Both the position numbers and the translations under genes were made by a program. Under the pieces are notes generated by a model that saw nothing but the letters and a program-made list of their open reading frames with translations, was not told where the DNA came from and did no database searches. A DNA stretch of 64,000 nucleotides, taken from Octopus bimaculoides (taxonomy: Eukaryota). Location of the stretch: contig NC_068984.1 in assembly GCF_001194135.2 (NCBI RefSeq), positions 19,527,062 through 19,591,061 on the forward strand. The letters run 5' to 3'. Below, in pieces: positions 12,901-25,900 of this stretch; the stretch's first letter is position 1, and each line of letters starts with the position of its first letter.

Positions 12901-15900
12901 AGAGAGATTTAGTATGACACAAAACGTGACAAGGGTGGCCCTTTGAAATACAGGTACTACACAATTTTACCAGCAGGGTAGGCTGGAGCAATGTAAAATA
13001 AAAGAGACAATGCACCACTGGGAATTGAACTCACAACCTTGCGACTGTGAATCAACACCTTAACCACTAAGCCATGTGCCTTCACACACACACACACACA
13101 CACACACATTATAGGATATCATAAGTTATTATAGTTAATTACAAGTCAAACATTGCTTTTTATGTTCTCTTTTGCTGTGACCATCTACATATTTCTTTAT
13201 AACATAATATATCCAGTACTGTATTATACAGGGTATATTTTTTAATAAATAGCAAGGAGATTTAATGCTTAATTATAGCAGTTTAAGTATCTGCATAAAA
13301 CCTTCCAGAAAGTAATCTTTATATCCAAACTTAACATGGATGTCTTGTTAAAACATACTGCAATTGTTAGCCTTGGGAGATTCGTATTCTAACAAGACAC
13401 CCATGTTAAAGTTGGATATAAAAATTACCTTTTGGTATTAATACTACTTCCCTCGTTAATAAGAAACTTCCAAATTAAGTCTGGTGAATCAGGGCAGACA
13501 CAAAGCATACAGAGAGAGAGAGAGAGAGAGAGAATAAAGAAATTGTATAAGAAATCTTTACCTTTGCAGTATTAGCAACTGAAGAATATGCTGCTGTAGT
13601 TTGTGCAACTTTACATGCCACCTTTGCACTTGACACTGACTGCAACAGATGTGCAGCTTGCTCGCTAAGACGGTCTAAAATTGGTTGTTTGGCATTTATT
13701 CCATCCAAGTATTGCTAAAAGAGAAGAAAAAGAAACTGCATTAGTCACTAACATAAAAAGTAATTTGCAGTGTATTTATTAGTGTCATTTATTGTAATTA
13801 ATGTGTTTTTAGTGTATTTATAATTATATTCTTTGACTGTTACTGTACATTATTATTATTTATTTGTTAAATATGCATGAGTAGTTGTCACAGCAACATG
13901 GGTAACAATCTGCTTGTCTTCATATACAATGACAATGTGTCTTAATGAATATTTAAGCAAGTATATCCATATGCTATATACACAGATATATATACACACA
14001 CACGTATATATGCATATATACATGTGCATGCCTGCTTAAGGAAATGTGTTATATTTGTTTACATCTTTTAAATATGACACAGAACTCCTATACTCTTTTA
14101 CTCTTTTACTTGTTTCAGTCATTTGACTGCGGCCATGCTGGGGCACCGCCTTTAGTCGAGCAAATCACCCCCAGGACTTAGTCTTTGTAAGCCTAGTACT
14201 TATTCTATCAGTCTCTTTTGCCGAACCANNNNNNNNNNNNNNNNNNNNNNNNNNNNNNNNNNNNNNNNNNNNNNNNNNNNNNNNNNNNNNNNNNNNNNNN
14301 NNNNNNNNNNNNNNNNNGAACCACTAAGTTACGGGGACCTAAACACACCAGCATCGGTTGTCAAGCGAAGTTGGGGGGACAAACACAGACACACAAACAT
14401 ATATATACATATATACGATGGGCTTCTTTCAGTTTCCGTCTACCAAATCCACTCACAAGGCTTTGGTCAGCCTGAGGCTATAGTAGAAGACACTTGCACA
14501 AGGTGCCACGCAGTGGGACTGATCCCAGAAACATGTAGTTGGTAAGCAAGCTACTTACCACACAGCCACTCCTGCGCCTATATTCATGTATAGCTTATTT
14601 AAAAGAAGGGAAAGTGAAAATATTGAGTAAATGCTTTTCTAGATTCCTCCACACACACACACACACATTACATACTTCTAATCTATGCACAACTCCAGCA
14701 ATTTTGAGTGGAGCAGGGGGTGCCCATATTATTATTATTGCTCTCCAGTACTTGACTATGATTTCTTTTATTGACTCAGAATGGATGAAAGGTAAAGATG
14801 ACGTTAGCAGGATTTGAAATCAGAACATAAAGAGCTGGAACAAATATTACAAAGTCTATATTCCAACTCTTTAACAATTCTGCCAGCTTGCTGCTTGAAT
14901 TGTCTTTTTGATTTAGGTACAAAATCAGAAGTTTTGAGGGGAGGGGGTCAGTCAATACCATCACTCCCAATATTTGATATGTTCTGTATTTTATTGATCT
15001 TGAAAAATAAAAGATAAAGTTGACTCCAGAAGGGTTTGAACTCAGAATATAAAGAACCAGAAGAAATATCACATGGCTCTACTGATTCTGCCATAATAGT
15101 AATAATAAGTATTCTTTTTAATCTCAGATGTATTTTCAATTTGCACGCAATAGAAGAGAACAATCATCATTGGGTTTATTTATTTGTCTGTGTTATCTGA
15201 TAAAACATCCAAGAATGGTATGAAAGTCACAGAAACTCTTTCTGTAATATGATAGATTAGTGGCTTTTTGCCTCAAAGTAAGAAATCAATATATATATAT
15301 TACATATGAAAATACTTGTAAATATTTCAGATGAATTTTTATGTCAGTTTTAAAAAGAAACACTCGATACATTTATTGTAATCACAATCTAATATTTGAC
15401 AAAATATCAAAACATCTGTGTATTGAAATAAAAGTCGGAACAAAACAAAAAAAAAAATAATAAAATAATGATTTTTACAGATGCGCCACCCAAGTGTATT
15501 CAGTCATTTTCAGTGCATATTATCACCATTATCGTCATCACTATCAACATGACCTATTACAATTATCATCAGTTATTTCTTTTTCAAATGCTGCCATAAC
15601 TGATAATAAAACAGATTTAAAGTCACAGGTTATGTTTTTTGTTTCTCATAAACTCTAATTTTTATTAGATTTTATTATAGTCTCATGGCTAAAATGTCAA
15701 TAAAGTAGCTAAACAGAAAAATTATAAATTCTAAAAATTATTTTACAAATCTAAACAATTCTAAATGGAGAAATAGAAAAAAGAAATGAAGCAGATAAAG
15801 GATTATTTCATAATTTTGTTTAATTCTTTGTAGCTTTTTGCTTTTTTTGTTTTAGTTTAGTTTCTAAAATGTGAACATTACACATTGTAGAATTGCCAAG

Positions 15901-18461
15901 AAATAAAAGAGATTAAAAATAAATGAGAACATTATATAATACAGATTTTCCAGTGTTGATAATCAGTCTTCCAACAATGAGCCTAAAAGTATCAAGAGAA
16001 ATAAATGATGGCAATTGGTCCCTCCTACCTCCCTACACAATACTGAGGGCTGTGAGAAAAGGCACACCTTTTTTTTTTTCTTTTGCTTCATCGACTTTTA
16101 GAATTGAAAAGCCAGACAACTACACAATGCAAACATTTGTTCTCAAAAACAAATGGTGAGAACTCTTTGGATCACTTTTCTGGGCTTAAATCCAACAAAA
16201 ATCAATATAGCTCTTGAGTTCTACCAGATTAAATAAGTACCAATAGGGTAATAGGAAATTTATGAGAAACCGAAGTGTGTATAGTAGGTTGTTTATGAGG
16301 TTCCATGAAAGATTTAAATAGTAATTTCTCTTCAGAAGGTCAGCAGGGGTAGAGAAGGTCAGTAGATTTTAAGCAATAACAAATATGATTATTACTTGTA
16401 TCAAGCAACATCAAGAACCAGAGAGATTAAGTCACCTATCAAGTTACATTTAACACAGCTTGTGGGATAACATAGTATAGTATATTATAACAGAAAGTGT
16501 ATTGGCTGACATAAGAGATCTGGTTTGGAAAAGGGTTAAGTATCAAAGCATGTAGAAATGAAAGTTAAATTTTACAGTAACCTGCCTTTTGAAGCACTGA
16601 AGGAAGATAAGAACAAACAGTTCTGAACACTGATTAATATTTGAATATTCTTACAAGGTGGATAGGAAGTTACAGCTATTTGTAATCTGTATGGACTATG
16701 GATGTTGTAAATAAATTGAAGTAAATAACATGTACAGGTTCCTATCATAAGACAAAGTGTGAAGTTATATTTCACATAAGAAAAATTGGAGATGTTGAAA
16801 CGTAAACATTTTTTTATTTACGTATTTCTGTAGACAGAACATAATCCTGATAATATACCAAAAGCACATACACACAGTTCTTTAATTTGTTTTAACAGTG
16901 ATGGTTAAGTTAATACTCAAACACAAGGAAAGATCATAGAATACAAGCTGACAGTTTCAGCATGAGTGTTAGAAGAATGAAAAGGAGAAATTAAAAAGAA
17001 AATGACCATGTTATCTTCAAGTTGCTTGTCTATGTCTACAAGAGAATATTTATAATCAGAAGAGGTTTTCTGAGCTGGGACTGCGCTAGTTAACCATTGG
17101 TTTATTTCTTCTTGTGTGGCATCATATTCTTTCCACTGTTGACCAATCTTTTCTGTTTACAAAAAATGAAAATAAAATGGGAGAAGTGTAAAGTTAGGAT
17201 ATTTATCAAAAATAATAATGACTGAGATGTAATGCAATTATTATAAGTCAAGTAAATAGTATGATGTAATTGTGTGTTGACTGAAAAATTATGTTTAAAA
17301 CAAATGTCAAGAAATCAGTAATACACAGATATAACAAGTCACATATTATTTCCAAGTATGTAATGATCTGAAGGATGTTACATCAAATGATCTTCTTATT
17401 GCTTTCTTTGGGCATATAAAAACACTTGATTTCAATCCTGCAAGCTAACAAGCCACTTGTTAACTATGCGGAATTCTTCATAATATGTAGTTAAATCTAA
17501 GCTGAGTTGACTACTGAAATTAGTCCGTGAATTTTGGTAAGTTTTTGTACCATGAAGAGAAGTAGAAGCTGACATTTTGGCACTGACCCTTCATCTGCAA
17601 GAGGGCAAAAATGTTTCTTTCTTAAAATCAGTTGCAAAATGTCAGATTCTTCTTCCAAATTAATGAATTCGATGCAAACTATCAGTTTCCTTGGATTTCA
17701 GGTTTTTTTTTTTTACTAAGCTTTAAGTGTTATTGTCAGAACCACAATGGAATATCAGTGATAGGGCATGAACTCTTGAAGCTTTGGCTTCAAATCTAGC
17801 AGCATAAAATCAACTCAGGCAGATGTAATTCTTTTGTCAAAACCAACTGGCTGGTTTCTGAGTTTGCATCTATCCAGGAAACAAATATAAGAGATTAAAA
17901 GAATTTACATATTATCACTAAAATAAACATAATGAAAAATCAACTCTAACTGTTATGGTATCTCCAATATTAAAGTATCCAGTATAAAAATATTAAATAT
18001 GTGTTTCAAATTTAATTGTCCTTTTTGTATAAACTTCCTGTCTAGATAGAAAGCAGATGCAATGTCTAGAGGTGATTTGTATTTCTGATAGGTAAACAAA
18101 GATATCTGCTAGCTATTCACACAACCCAGTCAAAAGACAGTTGCAGAATAAGAAGACAAATTTGTTATGACATCAAGTTAAAAGACTCCAACAGTAATGT
18201 TATGCATGTACAATAAAATAAAATACTGACTCAAAAGAGGAATGCTCCCCAATAAATGTCTTTTGTTTAGCACTGACACTCTGTTAGAGAAAACCTTAGG
18301 GTATAAATATATTATTACACAAGATGTCCATTGATATCTTTAGAGAATTGTCATGGCATTTCTCACTTTGGAGATTGTTCAGTTGTGCCATTCGCCTCTT
18401 GTTTATATTGTTACAATATTGTAGAAATTAACTGATTAAAAACATATGGAACAGCAATACA

Positions 18462-18515
<54 letters not shown>

Positions 18516-21500
18516 GTGTGTGTGTGAGAGAGATGAACTGAGAGATACTAACCCATTTTAGACTGTTGAGCTTCAGCTGTTTTCCTGAGCTCAACGAAAT
18601 CTTCATTCAAAGCATTCAGTTCATCTTGTATCAGTTTTCGACCTTGCCCAGTAGTTGCCTCCATTACAATTTTGCCTTTGCTGCTAGCATCAGATATTTT
18701 GGTGTTACCAGATTCAATTTCTGAAGTGACATTCTAGAAATAGAGGAGCAACAAAGATTGTTCTAAGATTTTGTCTCTTTTTTACACGAATCCAATTATG
18801 ATTGCTGTCATCTTTATAATGACAATGATGATGATAATGGTAATAGTGACAGGGATAAATGTGGTATGGTGAGAGGCATGATGATATGATTATGTAGTAG
18901 AGGTAAGAGTGAGGGTGAAAATGATGATATGATAGGGGTCAATAATAACATGTTTTACATTATAGTAAAGCTTGCATTAAAGTTGATGTTTAGCCCCAAG
19001 TCATCTTCATCAAGCAGACCAATGATCAAAAGTATTCTACTCAAGATGATCCTAACTTTATTTTCTGAGACATATTTCACCTAATGTGTCTCTTTTGCAA
19101 GATGGAAAGGTTATCCATCTTAGATAATCTGAGAGATATTTGAAAAATGGCTGGATGATACATGAGAGAGATTTGAAGAAAAGGTCTGTTATTAAAGAAT
19201 TTATTTTATTTACTACCACATAATAGCCACATTTTTTTACATTGAAAGTGGCTACCAAATTCTGATATGGTACAAGACAAAATATTGCAATAGCAAAAAG
19301 GTGAAAAAGACAACACAAAAAATAAATGAACAAAAAGAAAAAAAACAATGAACATTTTCATGGACAATGAATTAAAAAAAGCCTAACAAATAATTCTGAA
19401 GACAGCAATAACAACAACACTCACACAAGGTCAAATCTTTTAAATTGCTCATGTAGTGGCTTGCCTCATTTATAATGCAAACAGAATTTTTAGAACACAG
19501 TTACCGGAAAAAAGAAAAATAGTTGAAAGAATTTTGTAAAACCAGGTGTTTTGGTACCAGAGAAAGGGAGAACGAGAAAGAAAGAGAGGGGGAGACAGAG
19601 AGAGTGGAAAGAGAGACAGACAGACAGAGAGAGAGTAGAGAGAGAGAGAGAGCAAAGCACAAATTATATATTTATGTTTTAGAAAGGATGGCACAGAATT
19701 AGAATTATGTTTAAAGCAACAAGTAAAAGGAGCACCCCAGGATATCTTGGGGAAAATTCATGGTAGTGTCTGATGCAATTTTAAAATCAAAGGCTCAACT
19801 AAAACACAGGCTGAAATTATTAAATATTCCCCCACCCATGCACTGTGTCCCACTATGTGAGGCAAGGAATTACAAGGGTGATCATAAAAGACATTGGAGA
19901 TGATATGGATCCATGATTGCTCATTAGTTTTATATTGTAATACAAGCAAGTGGTTAAAGCTTGGATAATGAGAAGTAGCAAGAGGTCAAGGAATATCAAA
20001 GGAGATTGACAAGTCTTAATGATCCTTGAAGGTCAGAAAGCCATACTGAAACTGTACCCAATTGAGAATGCTGAGACAAAGGACATGAGATAGATGGTGT
20101 CAAGCAAAAAGTCTAGTTGCTACATATATCAGAGTAAGAACCATCTTAGAGTCTTTTGCTCTGAAGAATTGAAGAGGCTGGGCAAGAAAATGAGGTAGAA
20201 AAACAACAGAGACTAGCCAACACAGCAACAACAAGCCTCAGTTAGAAGAGTACTATCACTCATAGCTCTAGGAATGGTGAAGGAAATCACCCCATAACTA
20301 TTCCTATAAACAAACAGAGAAGCTGATTCCTTAGCAGAAGCAATCAGTAGCATCATTCCATCATTATGTAATGAGGAAGAGATAATGGTTGGAGATGAAA
20401 GTATCCAAACTGTTAGGAGAAATATGAAAGTAAAAGATAAAAAAATTCTCAAAAAGGAAAAATTAATACAAAACAACTAAAGCAAGTAAGTAATAACTTC
20501 TAGAAAACAACAATGAGGCCTCTCCTCAGAATAATAATAAAGAAAATGAAGAAGTGAGGGAGAATCACACTGACATCTGACAAATAAAATTACATCTATA
20601 TGGTACAAGGGGCAGTTTGATGAGATAACAGTAACATTGAGTTTGGAATGCAGGAAATATCCAAAGGACAAGCTATTAGTAAAAATAAATAAAAACAACA
20701 AATTGAAACAATCCTACTTAGAAAACATAGCTGTCCTGTCTTCCTAAATGACTCAAAAAATGCTGTCCCTCTATCCTAAATGACTAAAAAAATGTTGTCC
20801 TTCTATCCTATATGATTCAAAAAATGTTGTCCCTCTATTCTAATTGACTCAGAAAAATGTTGTCCTTATATCCTAAATGACTCCAAAAATGTTGTCCCTC
20901 TATCTTAACTGACTCAAAAAATGCTAACAGGTGCCTTTGAATGCACAAGGTAATACAAGCAATGGTAAGTGGATAGGAAAGTGGAGTATTCTACCTTAAT
21001 CCAACAAATAGTTTTTTTCCCATGTTTTTTGTTATTTCAATTATATGACATTTTAATTATTGACGCTATCACACTTTGCTATATTTATGTTTGCAAATAT
21101 TTGTGATATATGACATTAATTTATCCATTTATATATTAGATATCTTTCAATCTTCCTCTACCTTTCTCTAACTTATCAATCTAACCTCAGTTAATGTTCA
21201 GTTGTGTTTTTCTGTATATGAGTCCTTGTAGCTAATAAAGAAAATTTATAATACATCATATACTGACATTGCATTTGCTTGAATAAGGTTTACCACTAAA
21301 TTGTGTGTGTGTGTGTGTGTGTGGCTTAGTGGTTGGGATATTTGGCTCACGATTGTAAGATCATGAGTTCGATTCCCGGCGTGTTGTATCCTTGAGCAAG
21401 ACATTTTATTTTGCATTGCTCCAGTCCACTCATCTGACAAAAATGAGTAGCACCTGTAATTAAAAGGGCCAGCCTTCTCACACTCTGTGTCATGCTGAAT

Positions 21501-22896
21501 CTCCCTGCGAACTGCATTAAGGGGTACGCATGTCTGTGGAATGCTCAACCACTTGCACGTTAATTTTACGAGCAGGCTGGTCCATTGATCGTATCAGCGG
21601 GGACACTCGTTGCCATTACCAATGGAGTGCTCCAAAAATATATATATACGATGGGCTCCTTTCAGTTTCCATCTATCAAATCTACTTACAAGGCTTTGGT
21701 TGGCCTTGGGCTATAGTAGGAGACACTTGCCCAAAGTACCACATTGTGGGATTGAACTTGAAACTAAGTGGTTGGAAAGCAAACTTCTGAACCACACAGC
21801 CACATCTTCACCTTTCTTTGGGAAAAATGTTTGTTTTGATAAACTAGAGTGAATAAGTTGTTTGCTTTATCCTCTCTCTCCTTCACCCTTTTTCTCTCTG
21901 GTTCAAACAACTCATTCTTTGCTTAAATTATCTACACCACAAAAAAACAAGAAAAAACAAAAAAAAAGTCTACAAAAAATAAAGAAATCTTTTTCTCAAC
22001 TCATGTAAAAAATATTGTTTTCAGTAAAGAGAATCAGTAAAACAGTGTCTAAAATTTCTGTAGGTTTTTGAAGAGAAGTGTGTTTATTTTCTCTTTTCTT
22101 TCACAATACATTTTACACTCAAAGAGAAAGTATTATGTCAGTTACTCAATGGGCGTTAATAAATGAACATTTGTACCTTGCTTCTATCAAGGTTGACAAT
22201 TTGAAGCCAGTTTTCCCCTTGTACGCATTGGTAATTTGAATCTATACTTTCGCAATTTGTGTAACATTTACTGCTTTATATCACATTGAATTATTTTTAT
22301 CTCACCACTAATTTTTGTCTCTATGTCCTACAGCAGAATGGAAAAGATCTGTGAAAATGTTCCCTCATGAAAAGGCTGTGATAAGTCAAACGTACAAGAC
22401 TACTTAACGGTGAAAGATAAAAGTTTAAAAGCTAATTAATACAATAATACGATACAGATTTCAACTTTTTTAAAATATTTTTCATATTTTTAATGCTTTT
22501 AATTTCCTCATGTCTCCAATATAATTCTTAATATGTTTTCATATTTTTAGTATGTATCTCTTCTTATTAATATTTTTCTTATATGAATCATTTTTTTAAA
22601 ACCTCAACTAAATGTCCTTTAAGAACTATTCATAGGGTGCATGAAGAACAACAAAAAAATCCAAACAATAATGTATCTATTCATTCTTAATATGTTCTGG
22701 CAGATTCAAAAGTGAACAACAGACATCAGAAATTCACATTCAAATCTTCTGTCAGAACATATTAGGAATGAATAGATATATTATCCTTTAAGACTTGTTG
22801 TTGTTCCTTCTTCTTCTTCTTCTGCTTCCCCCCTCCTCCTCCATCATCATCATCAGCATCATCAGCATCACCATCAAAGGCATTATCAACACCACC

Positions 22897-22928
<32 letters not shown>

Positions 22929-25900
22929 TAGGGCATTAAATTGGCAGAATTGTTGGAACATAGGTTAAAAAACATTGCTTAGTAGCATTCTTCAAGGCTC
23001 TTTATGTAGTGGCATTTCATCTGTCTTTATATTTAGGGTTCAAATTCTGTCAAAGTCGACTCTACCTTTCATCCTTTCAAGGTCAATAAAATAAAGTTGG
23101 ACACTGGGATCAATCTAATCAAATTATCCCCTCCCTGAAATTGCTGGCCTTGAGCCAAAATTCGAAACTACTATCATTTGTGAATTATATTGTCAGGATT
23201 TTGATGTTTTAGGATAGTAGTTTTTCAGGACTTCAGCCTTCAGGAATCTTGGTCTTTTAAGATTTCAACATAGGGGATTATCACATTCAAGATTATATAT
23301 TTTGGGATTAAAATCAAAATCTGTCTTAGATGTGCAATAACCAAATGAATTCATAGTTTAAATTTGAATGTCTAATTAGCTATTACTGCTAATTGTGAAA
23401 CAATAGCAGCATAAACAAAAAATGTTATCAAAGGCTCTACTGAAATCAGTTTTCAATTAAAACATCCCTAGTATCTTTGTTCATGTCCTGCCCACATCAA
23501 TACTAAAGAGACTTTTTTACCCTAACAGTGATTCATCTAATGTCTCGGTAACTTAATGTTCAGCAAAAAGTGAATGATAACTTAAGAAGCAGACATAAAA
23601 GAAGTTTTGGAGCTAACTTGGGGTTAACTAAACCCTTCAAGGCAGTGCTCTAGTATGGCCTGTAGTCCAATAACCAAAACCAGTAAAGGAACAAAAGGAT
23701 TATTTGGGGTCAGAAGTTGAGAGGAAGAGGGGAAGAGCACATTATGTGATGTGATGCACCCCATCGCACAGCCTGCTTGTGAAATTAACCTGCAACTGGC
23801 TGAGCATTCCACAAACACTTGTACTCCTAACGTAGTTCTCAGGGAGATTCAGTGTGATGCAGGATGTGAAAAGGGTGGCCGTTTGAAATATGGCTACTAC
23901 TCATTTTTGCCAGCTGAGTGGACTGGAGCAATGTGAAATAAAGCTCCTTGCTCAAGAACATAACACACTGCTGGGAATTGAACCAGCGACCTTACAAGTG
24001 TGAGCTGAAAACCCTAACCATTAAGCCATGCACCTTTGTGATGTGATGATAAATGATTTGGTGAGGGATTAAGTAGTTTTAAGTAGATTTTATGTGAGAA
24101 ATTATTCTTTTCTACTCTAGGCACAAAGTCCAAAATTTTGGGGGGTGGGGCTAGTCGATTGGATGGACCTCAGTATGCAACTGGTACTTAATTTATCGAC
24201 CCTGTAAAAATGAAAGGCAAAGTCGACCTCAGCTGAATTTGAACTCAAAACGTAAAGACAGACATAATACCACTAAGCATTTCACCTGGTGTGCTAACGC
24301 TTCTGCCAGCTCACCGCCTTGAATGTTTTAGAAATATTAATAGAAATATTCTTTTCTACTCTCAGCACAAGGCTTGCAATTTTTGGGGAGGCGGGGCCAG
24401 TCAATTAGGTCGATCCCAGTATGCAACTGGTATTTAATTTGTTGACGCTGAAAGGATGAAAAGCAAAGTTGACCTCAGCAGAATTTGAACTCAGAACATA
24501 AAGACAGATGAAATGCTGCTAGGCATTTCACCTGGCATGCTAATGTTTCTGCTAGCTCGCTGCCTTTATGTGAGAATTTATCATGAATTAATAACTCTTT
24601 GTGAAAGAGTGTGACCCAAGACAAGATCCAATCCTAGTTGTAGTGTGGTGGCTTGTGACCTTGTGAGCTAGGCCAGCAGAGCAGAAGCTTCTGATAAGGC
24701 CCCACATGCTGGACCCCTCTTTCCATGAATATAATACAACTCACAACCTTATCAATCTGAAACCATTCATATGTGAATTAAAAAGCAAAATATACTGCCC
24801 TCAGATAATTACTGCTTAACTATTGTCTACCATAAATAAACTGTATCATTCCAGAGAATCTATGTTATTTACAGTATTATGAGCAGGAACATTGAGAGCT
24901 AAATGCCTGTACCAAGGGCACAGGATAAATATGTATTAATTATCTGTAGATGTTTCATAAAACAAGGGAACTGAAAGGCTTAGACTCTGGTGATACAAAG
25001 AGATTATTAATTATAATTACTCTCTAAACCATTACAGTTACACAGAAATAAGGTTAGGAACAGCCGGCTTGAAATAGGAAGTTACGGAAAGTCTGTGGTT
25101 TGTTGTTATTAAGTAAGCTACATAATTTAAACTGAAGCATACATACAAGTATTCATGCATACATGGATACAAATGTACATACAAACATGTACATGTATGT
25201 ACATGTATGTACAAACTTTCAGATTGAACAGTTCTTATGCAAAATATACAATTTAATACCAGAGCATAGCATACTACAAAACAGCATGGTAAAACAAAGT
25301 TAAATGCTTTATTTGGAGAGTATCAGGAGCTGTCAGGAAGCTTATTTAAATTCTAACATTTCAGATTTAAAAATGCTTTTAAAGAAAAAAGATAATGAAT
25401 AATGAATAAACAACATATGAAATCAGCCAGTAAGTGAATTTAAAATTAAATATCTTACCAGAATATTTATCCTCCTTTATATTATTCCCTGAGTCAAGTG
25501 TTGTGTGTAAAAACAAGCACAATAGCATTGCTTTGTAGGAATAGCCCTAGTAACATTCTGTTTTAACTTACTCCCCGCAAACCAAAACTGAGAAGCTGTT
25601 TGATATGGAGGGGAATGGGTGGAATTTAGTTACTAGATAAAATAATTTTAGAATCTATCTATAAACACATATACAACAACTGCGAAAAAAAAAAAAATGT
25701 AGTAACTCTCATACAATTCTTACAAATTCCAAACTAATAGTGATAATTCTAAAAAGACCACAATCTCTGACATTTGAGCAGAAATGAGAGTTGGAGGAGG
25801 AGGAGGAGGAGGAGGACCACTCCAAGTAATTGACAAGGAAAAATAAAAACAACACATAACATTGGTTACAGGAAGTTGTTTATCTCTTTCAGCTAAGATA

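Noticed and set aside
21321-21400. tRNA-like A and B boxes (also the SINE heads at 62470 and 14500-14580)
   Set aside because: No complete cloverleaf; they continue into SINE bodies present in many copies.
22175-22410. Possible exons at 22175-22270 (-) and 22334-22410 (+)
   Set aside because: The minus-strand one has a donor but no in-frame acceptor; the plus-strand one has stops in all three frames.
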